Shown here one piece after another: positions 18,401 to 27,466 of a DNA stretch of 64,000 nucleotides (position 1 is the stretch's first letter; each line of letters starts with the position of its first letter). The position numbers and the translations under genes were made by a program. Under the pieces are notes generated by a model that was given only the letters and a program-made list of their open reading frames with translations, did not search any database and was not told the DNA's origin. This DNA comes from an uncultured Gammaproteobacteria bacterium (GTDB taxonomy: Bacteria > Patescibacteriota > Patescibacteriia > 2-01-FULL-39-33), in NCBI GenBank assembly GCA_964558935.1, contig CAZLFP010000004.1, positions 28,001 through 92,000 of the forward strand, given 5' to 3'.

Positions 18401-19570
18401 TTAGGTACGATTAATTTTAAGCTTCAATTCATCCAACCTGGCCTGTCGACCGGTCATGGCTTGGTTGAGACGATTTAATTCCTTAATCTTATTTGAGAGC
18501 TGTTTTTTGACCTGCTTTAATTTAGTAATATTCTTGGCGAAAAAAGCAATACCAATGACATTCTGGTAACGATCCCTGATCAATGAGCAATTGACGACAA
18601 AACTCAAGGTCTGATTTTTCTTGGTTCTAATTTTAACTTCTCGATCAATTAAATCTCGGTTATCAGCAATAGCTTGAACAATCTGCTGAGCTGCCGGAGA
18701 TTGCACCAAAATTTGACTGATATCTTGTCCTTCCAAATCGCCTAGAGTATAGCCCAACTTTTGCCGACAGTACTTGTTTAAAGCCACGATTTGTTTATTC
18801 TGGTCCAACAGGATCAAGCAGTCCGGAATAATTCGGAAAATTTCTGGACCCGCAATGCTGGGAGAAATGTTTAAAAAACGGTAGTAAGCAATCGAATAGA
18901 CTAATGCAAAAGCCCAGAGCAGCATCAGGATTTGTGAACCCTGGGGAATACTGGCAATTTCGAGCTGGGGCACGATTACATCGAAAATAATGGATCCCAA
19001 ATAAGCGATGTTCATGGCCACAAACAAAATCCAGACCATTCTTTTTTTGTAATAATTGGTGGTCTTAAACCAATATCTTAACAACAAAATCTGAGATATG
19101 ATAATCACAATCAAACTGTAGGCATAAAAAACAAAGGGCCAAACATTCATACTCCAGACACCCACCCAACCAAACCAATCTTGACGGTAATCAACTATCA
19201 TATAGCCATTCCACTGCAAATACGTAAATAAGATCGGGGGTAGGATAAACAGAGCTAAAGCCAACCATGACCGGTAGTACTTTTTGGTGGTAGTTAAAGT
19301 TAAGACAAACCAAAGGTAAATCGAAGTAAAAGAAGACCAACCAATAACTGCCAGATTCTGAGACCAATGAGCCACTTGAATTGAAGTGTTGGGCTTCTTG
19401 AGACCCATAGCAGCAAAACTCCAAACAGCAAACGACAAAAGATACAAAGTGCAGGCGATATTGATTCGAGACCGATAGTTCTGAGACAATATATAGCCGG
19501 CCAGTACCAGATAAATAATACCGGTTAACAAATTGACACAAGGTAGAAGTGAACCTAGATAAGCTAGCAT
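18401..19570 (-). CDS. 7TM + PAS sensor paralog, no kinase domain
   Basis: Same architecture: PDCLILLD..QIVALN..LGYT..DLEG, then coiled coil ELNRLNQAMTGRQARLDELK. Confidence 0.8.
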   Translation of the reverse strand: MLAYLGSLLPCVNLLTGIIYLVLAGYILSQNYRSRINIACTLYLLSFAVWSFAAMGLKKPNTSIQVAHWSQNLAVIGWSSFTSIYLWFVLTLTTTKKYYRSWLALALFILPPILFTYLQWNGYMIVDYRQDWFGWVGVWSMNVWPFVFYAYSLIVIIISQILLLRYWFKTTNYYKKRMVWILFVAMNIAYLGSIIFDVIVPQLEIASIPQGSQILMLLWAFALVYSIAYYRFLNISPSIAGPEIFRIIPDCLILLDQNKQIVALNKYCRQKLGYTLGDLEGQDISQILVQSPAAQQIVQAIADNRDLIDREVKIRTKKNQTLSFVVNCSLIRDRYQNVIGIAFFAKNITKLKQVKKQLSNKIKELNRLNQAMTGRQARLDELKLKINRT

Positions 19571-20388
19571 TAGACTGAGTAGTAAGGTTTAATCTGTTCC
19601 CAACTGAAGACCGGACCGTCTTTACACACATAGTAAGGCCCCAGGGCGCAATGCTGGCACACGCCTAAACCGCAGTACATTTTCTGCTCCAAGGAAACCA
19701 AAATATGCTGATCTGCCACTTTTCTTTTTTTCAACTCCTGAATGACAAACTTGTACATAATCGGCGGACCCACAATCACTGCCACTGAATTACTTGTAAT
19801 GGTTTTACCTTTGAATAGATCGGTAATTAAGCCAGCCTGGCCCTTCCAGCCCGGCTGAGGTTTTTCTAGAATCAGATTAAATTCCGCTTCCTTACTCCAC
19901 TTGGCGTGCTGGTCTTTAAACTGCAGGGTTTGCTGATTCCGACAGCCATAATAGATCTGTAAGATGGAATTACTTAAATTACCAGCAAAATATTCCAGGA
20001 TCAGAGGACGCAAAGGAACCAAGCCGCAACCGCCGCCAATTAGAAGCAAAGGTTTGTCCTTAAATAATTCCACGTCAAAACCATTGCCGTAAGGTCCCCG
20101 AATATCCACGCTATCCCCTTTTTTTAGTTCATGTAATTTGTTAGTCAAAGATCCGACCTGACGAATAGCTAATTCAAAAAAACTGGACGCATCTTGAGGT
20201 GAAGAACAAATACTGATGGGACATTCTCCCCAACCAGGCAGTCCGATCTGCAAAAATTGACCAGGTATAAAAGCAAAGTTTCTTTGCTCCTTTTTATTGA
20301 CAAATTGAAATCTAAACAGCTTCGTGTCTTCAGAATCTTGAATCACACTAATAATTCTAGCTTTAGTTGGTAAATATGAATTAATCAT
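19570..20388 (-). CDS. hydG: FAD/NAD(P)-binding [2Fe-2S] hydrogenase gamma subunit (HydG/AsrB-like)
   Basis: PGQF, ECPISICS, RGPYGNGF, GGGCGLVPLR, VGPPIM, MYCGLGVCQHC..VCKDGPVF. Confidence 0.9.
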   Translation of the reverse strand: MINSYLPTKARIISVIQDSEDTKLFRFQFVNKKEQRNFAFIPGQFLQIGLPGWGECPISICSSPQDASSFFELAIRQVGSLTNKLHELKKGDSVDIRGPYGNGFDVELFKDKPLLLIGGGCGLVPLRPLILEYFAGNLSNSILQIYYGCRNQQTLQFKDQHAKWSKEAEFNLILEKPQPGWKGQAGLITDLFKGKTITSNSVAVIVGPPIMYKFVIQELKKRKVADQHILVSLEQKMYCGLGVCQHCALGPYYVCKDGPVFSWEQIKPYYSV

Positions 20389-21350
20389 AAAGCTTTGAGC
20401 GTATCTTTAATCTTAATGCCGACCGGACAAGTCTTAGCGCATCGCCCGCAACTGACACAACCTGGCAAGCTGTATTCATGAGGAATTCTGACAAACTTGT
20501 GAACATACCAGAAATAGATTTTGGCTTTGACAGATTCAAGAGGTTTATGTCCTCCTGCAACTTTGGAAAAATCATTGTAAAAACAAGTGGTGGTTTGACG
20601 ATGTCTGCCCAAGTTATCCGGCTGCCACTGATCCACCAGATTAAAGCAAAAACAGGTCGGACAATTAACGGCGCATTTACCGCAGGCCAGACAAATTTTA
20701 TTCAACTCGTTCCAAATCTTTCTGTCAAAAGATTGATCTATCTTTTTCTTAATTTGCAGCATTCTTTTATCCGGTCCCTGTTCAGCAATGGCACCGGCAA
20801 ATTCAACATGCTGGTATTTGCTTAAACCAAACTTCTCTAGGAGCACTTGTCCTTTTTCTGAACCGGAGTAAACTTTGAAAGTGTTGTTCTTTAATTTAAC
20901 CAGAAAGATATCGAAAACCACATGTTCTAAATAGTCTTCTTCCCATTTATGGGAAAAAACCTTGTACCGTTTATAGTCATCCGGCCAGTGACAACTGTAG
21001 CCAATTAACAGTAAATTCCGCCGTCTGGCCTGGTAGTTGGCATCCTGCGAAAATACTTGTTCCAATAAAGTAAGCGCTTTTAAGTCCAATACGTTCACGT
21101 TTAAGCAAGCAATGGGAGGATATTTACCTACTATCTCCTTATATCCTCGCTTGCCCAAATCTAGAATTTTTTCCGAACTGGGTAGAAAAACTGATTTCCA
21201 AGTGTTCTCGGGTATTTGTCCGGACCAATCCAAATCTGCCAGTTGCTTAATTTCTTCAATCTTAATACCCCAGTCATGAAGATTGGGGCCATACAAAAAA
21301 TAAGCCGTTTCCAACTGAGTTAAAAACTTGTTAATCTCTTGCTGAGTCAT
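20385..21350 (-). CDS. hydB: 4Fe-4S dicluster hydrogenase beta subunit (HydB/AsrA-like)
   Basis: CLACGKCAVNCPTCFC and CVSCGRCAKTCPVGI. Confidence 0.88.
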   Translation of the reverse strand: MTQQEINKFLTQLETAYFLYGPNLHDWGIKIEEIKQLADLDWSGQIPENTWKSVFLPSSEKILDLGKRGYKEIVGKYPPIACLNVNVLDLKALTLLEQVFSQDANYQARRRNLLLIGYSCHWPDDYKRYKVFSHKWEEDYLEHVVFDIFLVKLKNNTFKVYSGSEKGQVLLEKFGLSKYQHVEFAGAIAEQGPDKRMLQIKKKIDQSFDRKIWNELNKICLACGKCAVNCPTCFCFNLVDQWQPDNLGRHRQTTTCFYNDFSKVAGGHKPLESVKAKIYFWYVHKFVRIPHEYSLPGCVSCGRCAKTCPVGIKIKDTLKAL

Positions 21351-21356
21351 GTTTAA

Positions 21357-21385
21357 ATTATAGCATAAAACGAACCGACAGTTAA
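21357..21385 (-). promoter_or_regulatory. Promoter of the hydB operon (probably leaderless)
   Basis: Minus strand TTAACT-17 nt-TATAAT with extended -10 TG, then 6 nt to the ATG at 21350. Confidence 0.7.
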
Positions 21386-21387
21386 AG

Positions 21388-22257
21388 CTATATTTTGGAT
21401 TTTAAATATTCCTTGAATTCATCTCCTAAATCCGGATCACGTAAAGCAAATGCCACATTGGTTTTAAGCCAACTCAGTTTATTACCGGTGTCGTAATGAA
21501 GACAGTCCACCATTTTAGCATACAAAGGTCTTTGCTGTCTGAGCACATCAATAGCGTCAGTTAAATACACTTCCCGACCCTGGCGCTTGGGCATGGTTTC
21601 TAAAATATCAAAGATATCCGGAGTTAAAATATACCCGCCAATACTGCCAATGCGACTGGTTGTATTGTCCGGTCCGGGTTTTTCCACCAGCCTGTTAACC
21701 TGCAAAACACCTTCTTCCACTACCAAACCTTCAATAATGCCGTATTTGGTCGTACCTTCATCATCCGTGGGTATGCCTGTAAGTACCGGATCAGTGTATT
21801 TGTCATACACTTCAATTAACTGCTTCAAATGTGGCTTACCTGCCGGACAATGGATAATCTCATCTCCCCAACAGACGGCAAAAGGCTCATCACCGATTAT
21901 ATGTCGGCAGTTTAAGACGGGAGTTCCAGTCCCGTATTCACCTTTCTGTCTGACATAAATGAAATTAGCCAGCTCAGAAACTTGTCTGATCAAGTGACAC
22001 TGGCTATCTTTACCACCTTTCAAGCATTCCTGTTCCAATGATATATTCCTGTCAAAATGATCTTCCAAAGCCTTCTTAGTCGGACCGGTGACAAAAATAA
22101 TATCGGTGATGCCGGCTTGTACTGCATTCTCCACGATATATTGAATAACCGGCTTGTCTAGCACAGGTAACATTTCCTTGGGCTGGGACTTGGTAATCGG
22201 CAACATTCTGGTTCCGATGCCGGCTGCCGGAATGATTAGCTTGGTAACTTGTGACAT
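21388..22257 (-). CDS. galU: UTP--glucose-1-phosphate uridylyltransferase
   Basis: IPAAGIGTRMLPITKSQPKEMLP, LVEKP, YLTDAI, YDTGN. Confidence 0.92.
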   Translation of the reverse strand: MSQVTKLIIPAAGIGTRMLPITKSQPKEMLPVLDKPVIQYIVENAVQAGITDIIFVTGPTKKALEDHFDRNISLEQECLKGGKDSQCHLIRQVSELANFIYVRQKGEYGTGTPVLNCRHIIGDEPFAVCWGDEIIHCPAGKPHLKQLIEVYDKYTDPVLTGIPTDDEGTTKYGIIEGLVVEEGVLQVNRLVEKPGPDNTTSRIGSIGGYILTPDIFDILETMPKRQGREVYLTDAIDVLRQQRPLYAKMVDCLHYDTGNKLSWLKTNVAFALRDPDLGDEFKEYLKSKI

Positions 22258-22260
22258 ACT

Positions 22261-23022
22261 TTATCTTAATTGTTTTAAGTACTTAACAGGCAATCTTCTG
22301 GTACCTTCCCGATATGTTAGCCCACTCATTATCTCCTTATTCTGATTTACAAAATCCACAACTGCTTGCGGATCGGAATGAGACAAAGACCTTAAAACCC
22401 AGCCAATAGCCTTACGTATAAAAAACTTGCCCATCTTCTCATCCATAATGTCTGTTACATAATGTGCAGAAGAATAATTACTCTCAGTTAACACGGGCTT
22501 GGCTAAGTTGAAAAATAACTCCTTCTCTCCTTCTCCCAAATAAAGCAATTTAATCTGAGACAACAAAGCAGCCCTTCTCATCCAAAAATTCTTATCCCGG
22601 CTCCATTTAATCAAATACGGCTTGGCTGCCCTGAAATCCTTTCGAAGTATGGGTCCCATGACATTGGCAGAAATATCATCCACCTGATCCCAATTAACAG
22701 ATTGTCTCAGCATCTTTTCAACTTTGGGTAAATCACTTTTATCTAAATACTTATCATAAGTTCTAAGTAACTTAACTGCTAGCCATCTCTGCTCAGAATA
22801 ATCTGAATTCCAGAGCTTCAAAACCAGACTCCATAAATCTTTCTTGCTCAAATCCTTATGCTCTCTCTTAATAATCCGATTCATTTCATTTACGTACTGA
22901 CTCTTAACACCGTAAAATTTAAACGGACTCTTTAAGTAATGCTTGGCGGCTATACCATGCTGTAGATTGCCATGTTTTTTAAAGAATTCTTCAATCTGTT
23001 TAATTGTTTTAGAAAGCTCCAT
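22261..23022 (-). CDS. DNA alkylation repair protein (AlkD-like)
   Basis: YLKS..FYGV, NWDQVD, W.....FWMRR, FFIRKAIGWVLR. Confidence 0.85.
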   Translation of the reverse strand: MELSKTIKQIEEFFKKHGNLQHGIAAKHYLKSPFKFYGVKSQYVNEMNRIIKREHKDLSKKDLWSLVLKLWNSDYSEQRWLAVKLLRTYDKYLDKSDLPKVEKMLRQSVNWDQVDDISANVMGPILRKDFRAAKPYLIKWSRDKNFWMRRAALLSQIKLLYLGEGEKELFFNLAKPVLTESNYSSAHYVTDIMDEKMGKFFIRKAIGWVLRSLSHSDPQAVVDFVNQNKEIMSGLTYREGTRRLPVKYLKQLR

Positions 23023-24315
23023 TTAATTGATAATGAATGAATTAATATCTCTCTCAATAACTTGAAGATAATTAACTTCAAAAAAATCATACTCCCCGGC
23101 ATGAGGAATCGTCTCCAGTCGGTAATTCTCAAGTAAAACCAGATTCCAAAATATGCTTAAGATCATAACCGACCAAATAATTTTGGGATGCTGCTTTAAT
23201 TTTACCAGAATCATGGCTAAAGCCAAAATCAACCAAGGAAATGTTTCAATGAATCTTCTGCCTCCAAAAGCATCTCCCCCGCCCAAGTCATTTAAGGAAC
23301 TGTTAATAATCCACTGAATGAAGAAAGCAAGGAAGGTAGCTCTAGCTAAATAGCTGTTTTTTTTAAAAAGAAAAAAGAGACCGATTAAAGCTAGAATTAA
23401 AATTGGAGACCACAGCAGTAATCCATGATTTGAGGAAAACAAAGTGTACAAGCCATGAAATTCAAATCTAACAAATCTTTTACCCTGAGGAATTAAGACG
23501 TATTGACCGTATATATGCTTCCAAACCAGAAACTGAGTTACGGCAAATATAACCACAGGTATGACAATGGGTTTTGTTTTTTCAACTAAATAGCGTAACT
23601 TGAATTGAATTAAATCTGACCAGAATAAAGGTAAATATACAATTAAAAACAGAACATTTTGCCAACGGATGGCGATCATAAGAAAAATAACCAAACTCAG
23701 AAGCCAGTGATTAATTGCCCGGCCTTGCCACTCTTTAACCACTAAATACCAAAAAACGGTTACCATAAACAATGAAGCCATGTGTGACATGGAAGGTTCC
23801 AGCATCTGATAGTAGATCCAAGGCGTGGCTAGCCACATTAAAAGTATGGATTGAAAAGCAATCTTTTCTCTGAAAAATTGTCTGACCAGACTATAGTTGA
23901 TAACCAAAACTAAAGTACCCATTAACCAAGTGCTGAAATTCACTGCCAGAACATAATAATAGGAGTATCCGTCCAAAGCTACATAAATATTAAATAGCCT
24001 TAAGATCAAACCTGTTAAATGAGCGATAACAACCAATGGTAGCCACATGATGGCAGAACCATACGCATAAGGATTGGGTATCTTGCCGATGGGTGTTAAT
24101 TTGTTGTTCTCCAAAAACCAATTTGAACCTACGTCATAACTTCGGTAATGTTCCAATTCATTTCTAAAATCCAAATCTCCATCCCAGATCACAGATCTTA
24201 AAAAAGAATAATAAAAAACTCCATCACCTTGTATCCTAATGGGTGCTTGGAGATTAATAATGCAAAACCCGATTAAACTGAGAAGTATGAGAATGGAAAG
24301 GATTTTCTTTAACAT
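23023..24315 (-). CDS. Multi-TM glycosyltransferase (GT-C, ArnT/PMT-like)
   Basis: GDG.FYY..LRS...DGDLDF.NE first loop, HGLLLWSP, FGGRRF, many TMs. Confidence 0.65.
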   Translation of the reverse strand: MLKKILSILILLSLIGFCIINLQAPIRIQGDGVFYYSFLRSVIWDGDLDFRNELEHYRSYDVGSNWFLENNKLTPIGKIPNPYAYGSAIMWLPLVVIAHLTGLILRLFNIYVALDGYSYYYVLAVNFSTWLMGTLVLVINYSLVRQFFREKIAFQSILLMWLATPWIYYQMLEPSMSHMASLFMVTVFWYLVVKEWQGRAINHWLLSLVIFLMIAIRWQNVLFLIVYLPLFWSDLIQFKLRYLVEKTKPIVIPVVIFAVTQFLVWKHIYGQYVLIPQGKRFVRFEFHGLYTLFSSNHGLLLWSPILILALIGLFFLFKKNSYLARATFLAFFIQWIINSSLNDLGGGDAFGGRRFIETFPWLILALAMILVKLKQHPKIIWSVMILSIFWNLVLLENYRLETIPHAGEYDFFEVNYLQVIERDINSFIIN

Positions 24316-24339
24316 AAGAAAGACCCTCCCAAATATTAA

Positions 24340-24696
24340 TTATTCTTCAGGTGAGATCAAACCAGTGCATCGCCAATTGACTTCAGCATTACCCGTTTCA
24401 CTTTCAACCACGCAAGCCGGAGCACAACCCTCATGTCCTTCAACTTCCATCTCAAACCAATAGGTTCCGGAATTTTCATTACATGTGCAAGTGTCTTTAA
24501 TCTGACCTTCCTCAGCGCAAGTACTTTGCTTAGCTATTTCAAATGCTTGGTCCTGGGTAAACTTGCAAACTTCGGTAACAGTGCAAGTATCCAGGTCTTC
24601 GTCAGATACTAAAACTTGACTCTGAGGCTCCATTACAGGCTGAGCAGTACAACCCGCTAGCAAAAAACACAAACCAATTATAATATATTTATGCAT
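24340..24696 (-). CDS. Cys-rich secreted/lipoprotein (118 aa)
   Basis: Start reassigned to MHKYIIIG; signal peptide with LAGC lipobox; GCAPACVV...NWRCTGL domain. Confidence 0.75.
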   Translation of the reverse strand: MHKYIIIGLCFLLAGCTAQPVMEPQSQVLVSDEDLDTCTVTEVCKFTQDQAFEIAKQSTCAEEGQIKDTCTCNENSGTYWFEMEVEGHEGCAPACVVESETGNAEVNWRCTGLISPEE

Positions 24697-24697
24697 A

Positions 24698-25231
24698 TTA
24701 TTCTCCTTCAAATGATGTCTGAAAATATAGACGATAGCCGGCTGCTTTCAATTTCTGTGAACCACCCACTTCAGGCAGATCAACAATAAAAGCCATTTCA
24801 ACCACTTCTCCGCCCAATTTCTTAACTAAATTAGCTGCTGCTAAAGCCGTACCTCCGGTGGCCACCAAATCATCTACAATTAAAACTTTTTGTCCGGGAG
24901 TGATGGCGTCAGTGTGTATTTCAATACTATCCTTGCCGTATTCTAGTTCATATTCTTCTTGTTCAGTCTGAGCCGGCAACTTACCTTTCTTTCTAATTGG
25001 CACAAAACCGGTTTTCAGAAGATAAGCTAAAGCTCCGCCTAAAATAAAACCACGAGAGTCAATACCCACCACCACATCAATCTCCTGATCTTTGTACCGA
25101 CCGACAAAATCATCTATACATATTCTTAAACCAAGCGGATCTTTAATTAAGGTAGTAATATCCCGAAACATAATCCCCTGCTTGGGCCAGTTGGGTATAG
25201 TTCTGATCTTTTCTTTGATGGATTGAGACAT
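24698..25231 (-). CDS. apt: Adenine phosphoribosyltransferase
   Basis: PKQGIMFRDITT, RKKGKLP, YELEYG, VDDLVATGGT. Confidence 0.97.
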   Translation of the reverse strand: MSQSIKEKIRTIPNWPKQGIMFRDITTLIKDPLGLRICIDDFVGRYKDQEIDVVVGIDSRGFILGGALAYLLKTGFVPIRKKGKLPAQTEQEEYELEYGKDSIEIHTDAITPGQKVLIVDDLVATGGTALAAANLVKKLGGEVVEMAFIVDLPEVGGSQKLKAAGYRLYFQTSFEGE

Positions 25232-25235
25232 ATCT

Positions 25236-25973
25236 TTAATTTATGAGTGGAACAACTTTAATCAGTAATTGTTTTACTTTATCGGCATTCTGTTTCATTC
25301 TTTCAACTATCATTTCCCAAGTCACCGGATCTTCATCTTCTTGCCAACAATCATAATCTGTTGACATAGCTATAGTTTGATATGGAATTTTAAGTTCATT
25401 AGCCAAAATAACTTCCGGACAGGTTGACATGTTAATAATATCCGCTCCCCAACTTCGGAACATGTGTGATTCGGCTTTGGTGGAAAAACGCGGACCTTCA
25501 ATGGTAACGACCGTGTTATCTCGGTTGTAATTAAAACCCATTTGATCGCAAGCCATACACAACAAATCCCTGAGTTCTTTGGAGTACGGCTCGGACATCG
25601 GAGTATGCACCACCTTATCTCCAAAGTAAGTTAAATTTCGAAGTCTGGTGAAGTCTATGAACTGAGAAGGAAAAACAAGATTACCCGGTTTAATCTCTAC
25701 TCTTAAAGATCCAACCGCTGTAGTGGCTAAGATGTGGCTGCAGCCCTCATCTTTTAAAGCTTTGATATTGGCTAAGAAATTAACCTTGGTCGGCATCACA
25801 CTGTGGTCTTTGCCATGACGAGCTAAAATGACCACCTCTTGTCCTTCAATTCTTCCCAAAGTTAAAGGTGAGGCCAGTTTACCGTATTCATTCTCCACCT
25901 CTTTGGTTGAGGCGTCTTGTAGAATTTGTGGATCATCCAAGCCGGATCCTCCAATAATGGCGATTTTACTCAT
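25236..25973 (-). CDS. mtnP: S-methyl-5'-thioadenosine phosphorylase
   Basis: IIGGSG, RHG, EGPRFSTKAES, NMS..PE..LA.E, TDYDCW. Confidence 0.93.
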   Translation of the reverse strand: MSKIAIIGGSGLDDPQILQDASTKEVENEYGKLASPLTLGRIEGQEVVILARHGKDHSVMPTKVNFLANIKALKDEGCSHILATTAVGSLRVEIKPGNLVFPSQFIDFTRLRNLTYFGDKVVHTPMSEPYSKELRDLLCMACDQMGFNYNRDNTVVTIEGPRFSTKAESHMFRSWGADIINMSTCPEVILANELKIPYQTIAMSTDYDCWQEDEDPVTWEMIVERMKQNADKVKQLLIKVVPLIN

Positions 25974-27020
25974 TTATTTGGCTTTAGTTTTTTCCACTTC
26001 AAGCAATTCCACCTGAGACTCTCCTCCAGTAATCTTAACCACATCCTTATCCACCTTCTTAAACTCCTTGTAAGCTCCATTGTAAGCATTAACCGTGGTA
26101 TCTAAATTCGTGCCTAACTTCTGCATAAAAGAATCATAAGCATTGATGTGCCTTTGTAAAGATTCTACCCGCTTAATAATCTCTTTAGTTTGCTCTTCAA
26201 TTTTAAGAGCTCTTAAACCTTGCAAAACAGTCTGCAAGTAAGCAGCAAAAGTAGTGGGAGAGACAATAATCACTTTCTTTTCCTTAAAAGCATAATCAAT
26301 TAAAGACCGGGTATTAACTTTAACCGCTCCCACTTCATTGACCAGCAAGTCATAATAAATGGCTTCAGCCGGTATAAACATAAAAGCAAAATCCAAAGTT
26401 TTTAACTTAGGCTTAATATATTTAGAAGTCTCATCTATCCTTTTCTTTAAATCATTTTTAAATTCTTTTTCTAAATCTGCTCTCCTGTCTTTATCTGTCT
26501 CAGCGATAATCCGGTTGTAATTATCCAAAGAAAACTTGGCATCCACGGGAATAATTCCATCCTTGGTAAAGATGGCCGCATCCACAATATCTCCATCTTC
26601 AAACTTATGCTGCAGAGAAAAAGCCGAGGGAGGAAGAATATTCTCTAAAACCAATTGCAGTCCGGCTTCACCTAAATTGCCTCTGGTTTTCTGGGAGGTT
26701 AAAACCTTTTCCAAATTCTTGAGCTGTTCAGAAAAACCCATGACTTGCTTGTTGGTTTCCTGCAGTTGAACCACTTTTTCCGTGACACCTCGAATTACTC
26801 CCAAACTTTGGGAAAACTGGGCTTGCATCTGTTTGGTAGATTCCGCTAACTTACTGTCCATAGTTTGATTCAGCTCTTTCATACGCTCTTGCAACAAGAG
26901 CAGTGACTGGTCAGCTTGTTTGGCTTGAGACAATTGATTGAATTTAAGATTAAAAAACCAAAACATACCAGCCAAGATGGCTAGTAGCCCCAAACCAAAT
27001 AATATAATAATTATGTCCAT
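25974..27020 (-). CDS. rmuC: DNA recombination protein RmuC
   Basis: N-terminal TM and coiled coil; RGNLGE, PVDAKF, KYI.P..TLDFAFMFIPAE, VSPTT. Confidence 0.93.
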   Translation of the reverse strand: MDIIIILFGLGLLAILAGMFWFFNLKFNQLSQAKQADQSLLLLQERMKELNQTMDSKLAESTKQMQAQFSQSLGVIRGVTEKVVQLQETNKQVMGFSEQLKNLEKVLTSQKTRGNLGEAGLQLVLENILPPSAFSLQHKFEDGDIVDAAIFTKDGIIPVDAKFSLDNYNRIIAETDKDRRADLEKEFKNDLKKRIDETSKYIKPKLKTLDFAFMFIPAEAIYYDLLVNEVGAVKVNTRSLIDYAFKEKKVIIVSPTTFAAYLQTVLQGLRALKIEEQTKEIIKRVESLQRHINAYDSFMQKLGTNLDTTVNAYNGAYKEFKKVDKDVVKITGGESQVELLEVEKTKAK

Positions 27021-27039
27021 ATTATTAACTCTTTTTTAG

Positions 27040-27065
27040 GAGGGAGGATACGTTAATCCTCCCTC
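27040..27065. repeat. Perfect 10-bp inverted repeat (hairpin)
   Basis: GAGGGAGGAT-ACGTTA-ATCCTCCCTC; no U-tract follows on either strand. Confidence 0.75.
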
Positions 27066-27072
27066 AAATCGC

Positions 27073-27258
27073 TTAATAGACTTTGTTGGGATTTAGAGGC
27101 GGACCACACGGATCAATCCGCGATGCCAAAGGTCCCTGACACTTGGGACACTTAACTATTTTGTTAACCACGACCGGCTCAGGCAGATCCGGATCTCCCT
27201 CCTGCCAACGGCACTTGAGGCAATAGTAATTGGTTGGTGTATAGGGCGGTACGCACAT
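27073..27258 (-). CDS. Zinc-ribbon microprotein (61 aa)
   Basis: YYCLKCRW...CPKCQGPL; SD AAAGGAGG upstream (CCTCCT at 27268-27273). Confidence 0.75.
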   Translation of the reverse strand: MCVPPYTPTNYYCLKCRWQEGDPDLPEPVVVNKIVKCPKCQGPLASRIDPCGPPLNPNKVY

Positions 27259-27274
27259 CTCAGTTAACCTCCTT

Positions 27275-27466
27275 TTAGCCGGTTTGCAATCCCGGTTTTG
27301 GCAGAGTCACTTTCAAATACCGTCGAAATACCAATCGCCGGCCACAGACCGGACAAAAAGGACTGAATACTCCTCTCAGACGCTGGTATTCAGGCTCGGA
27401 TTGGTCATTTGTCCAATTGCACAGCTGGTTGACACACACGTATTCGCCATGTTTGCAAGATCCCAT
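27275..27466 (-). CDS. Zinc-ribbon microprotein (63 aa)
   Basis: Start reassigned to MGSCKH after SD AGGAGG (27473-27478); YVCVNQLCNW...CPVCGRRL. Confidence 0.7.
   Translation of the reverse strand: MGSCKHGEYVCVNQLCNWTNDQSEPEYQRLRGVFSPFCPVCGRRLVFRRYLKVTLPKPGLQTG

Noticed and set aside
19570-21350. Anaerobic sulfite reductase (asrAB)
   Set aside because: No asrC siroheme subunit; context with hydD, hypC and hydA favours hydrogenase beta/gamma subunits
27040-27065. Hairpin as a classical intrinsic terminator
   Set aside because: No U-tract follows on either strand; kept only as an inverted repeat
27073-27466. RiPP precursor peptides for the radical SAM enzyme
   Set aside because: CxxC pairs fit zinc ribbons; the radical SAM gene is 22 kb away, B12-type, with no SPASM/RRE features seen
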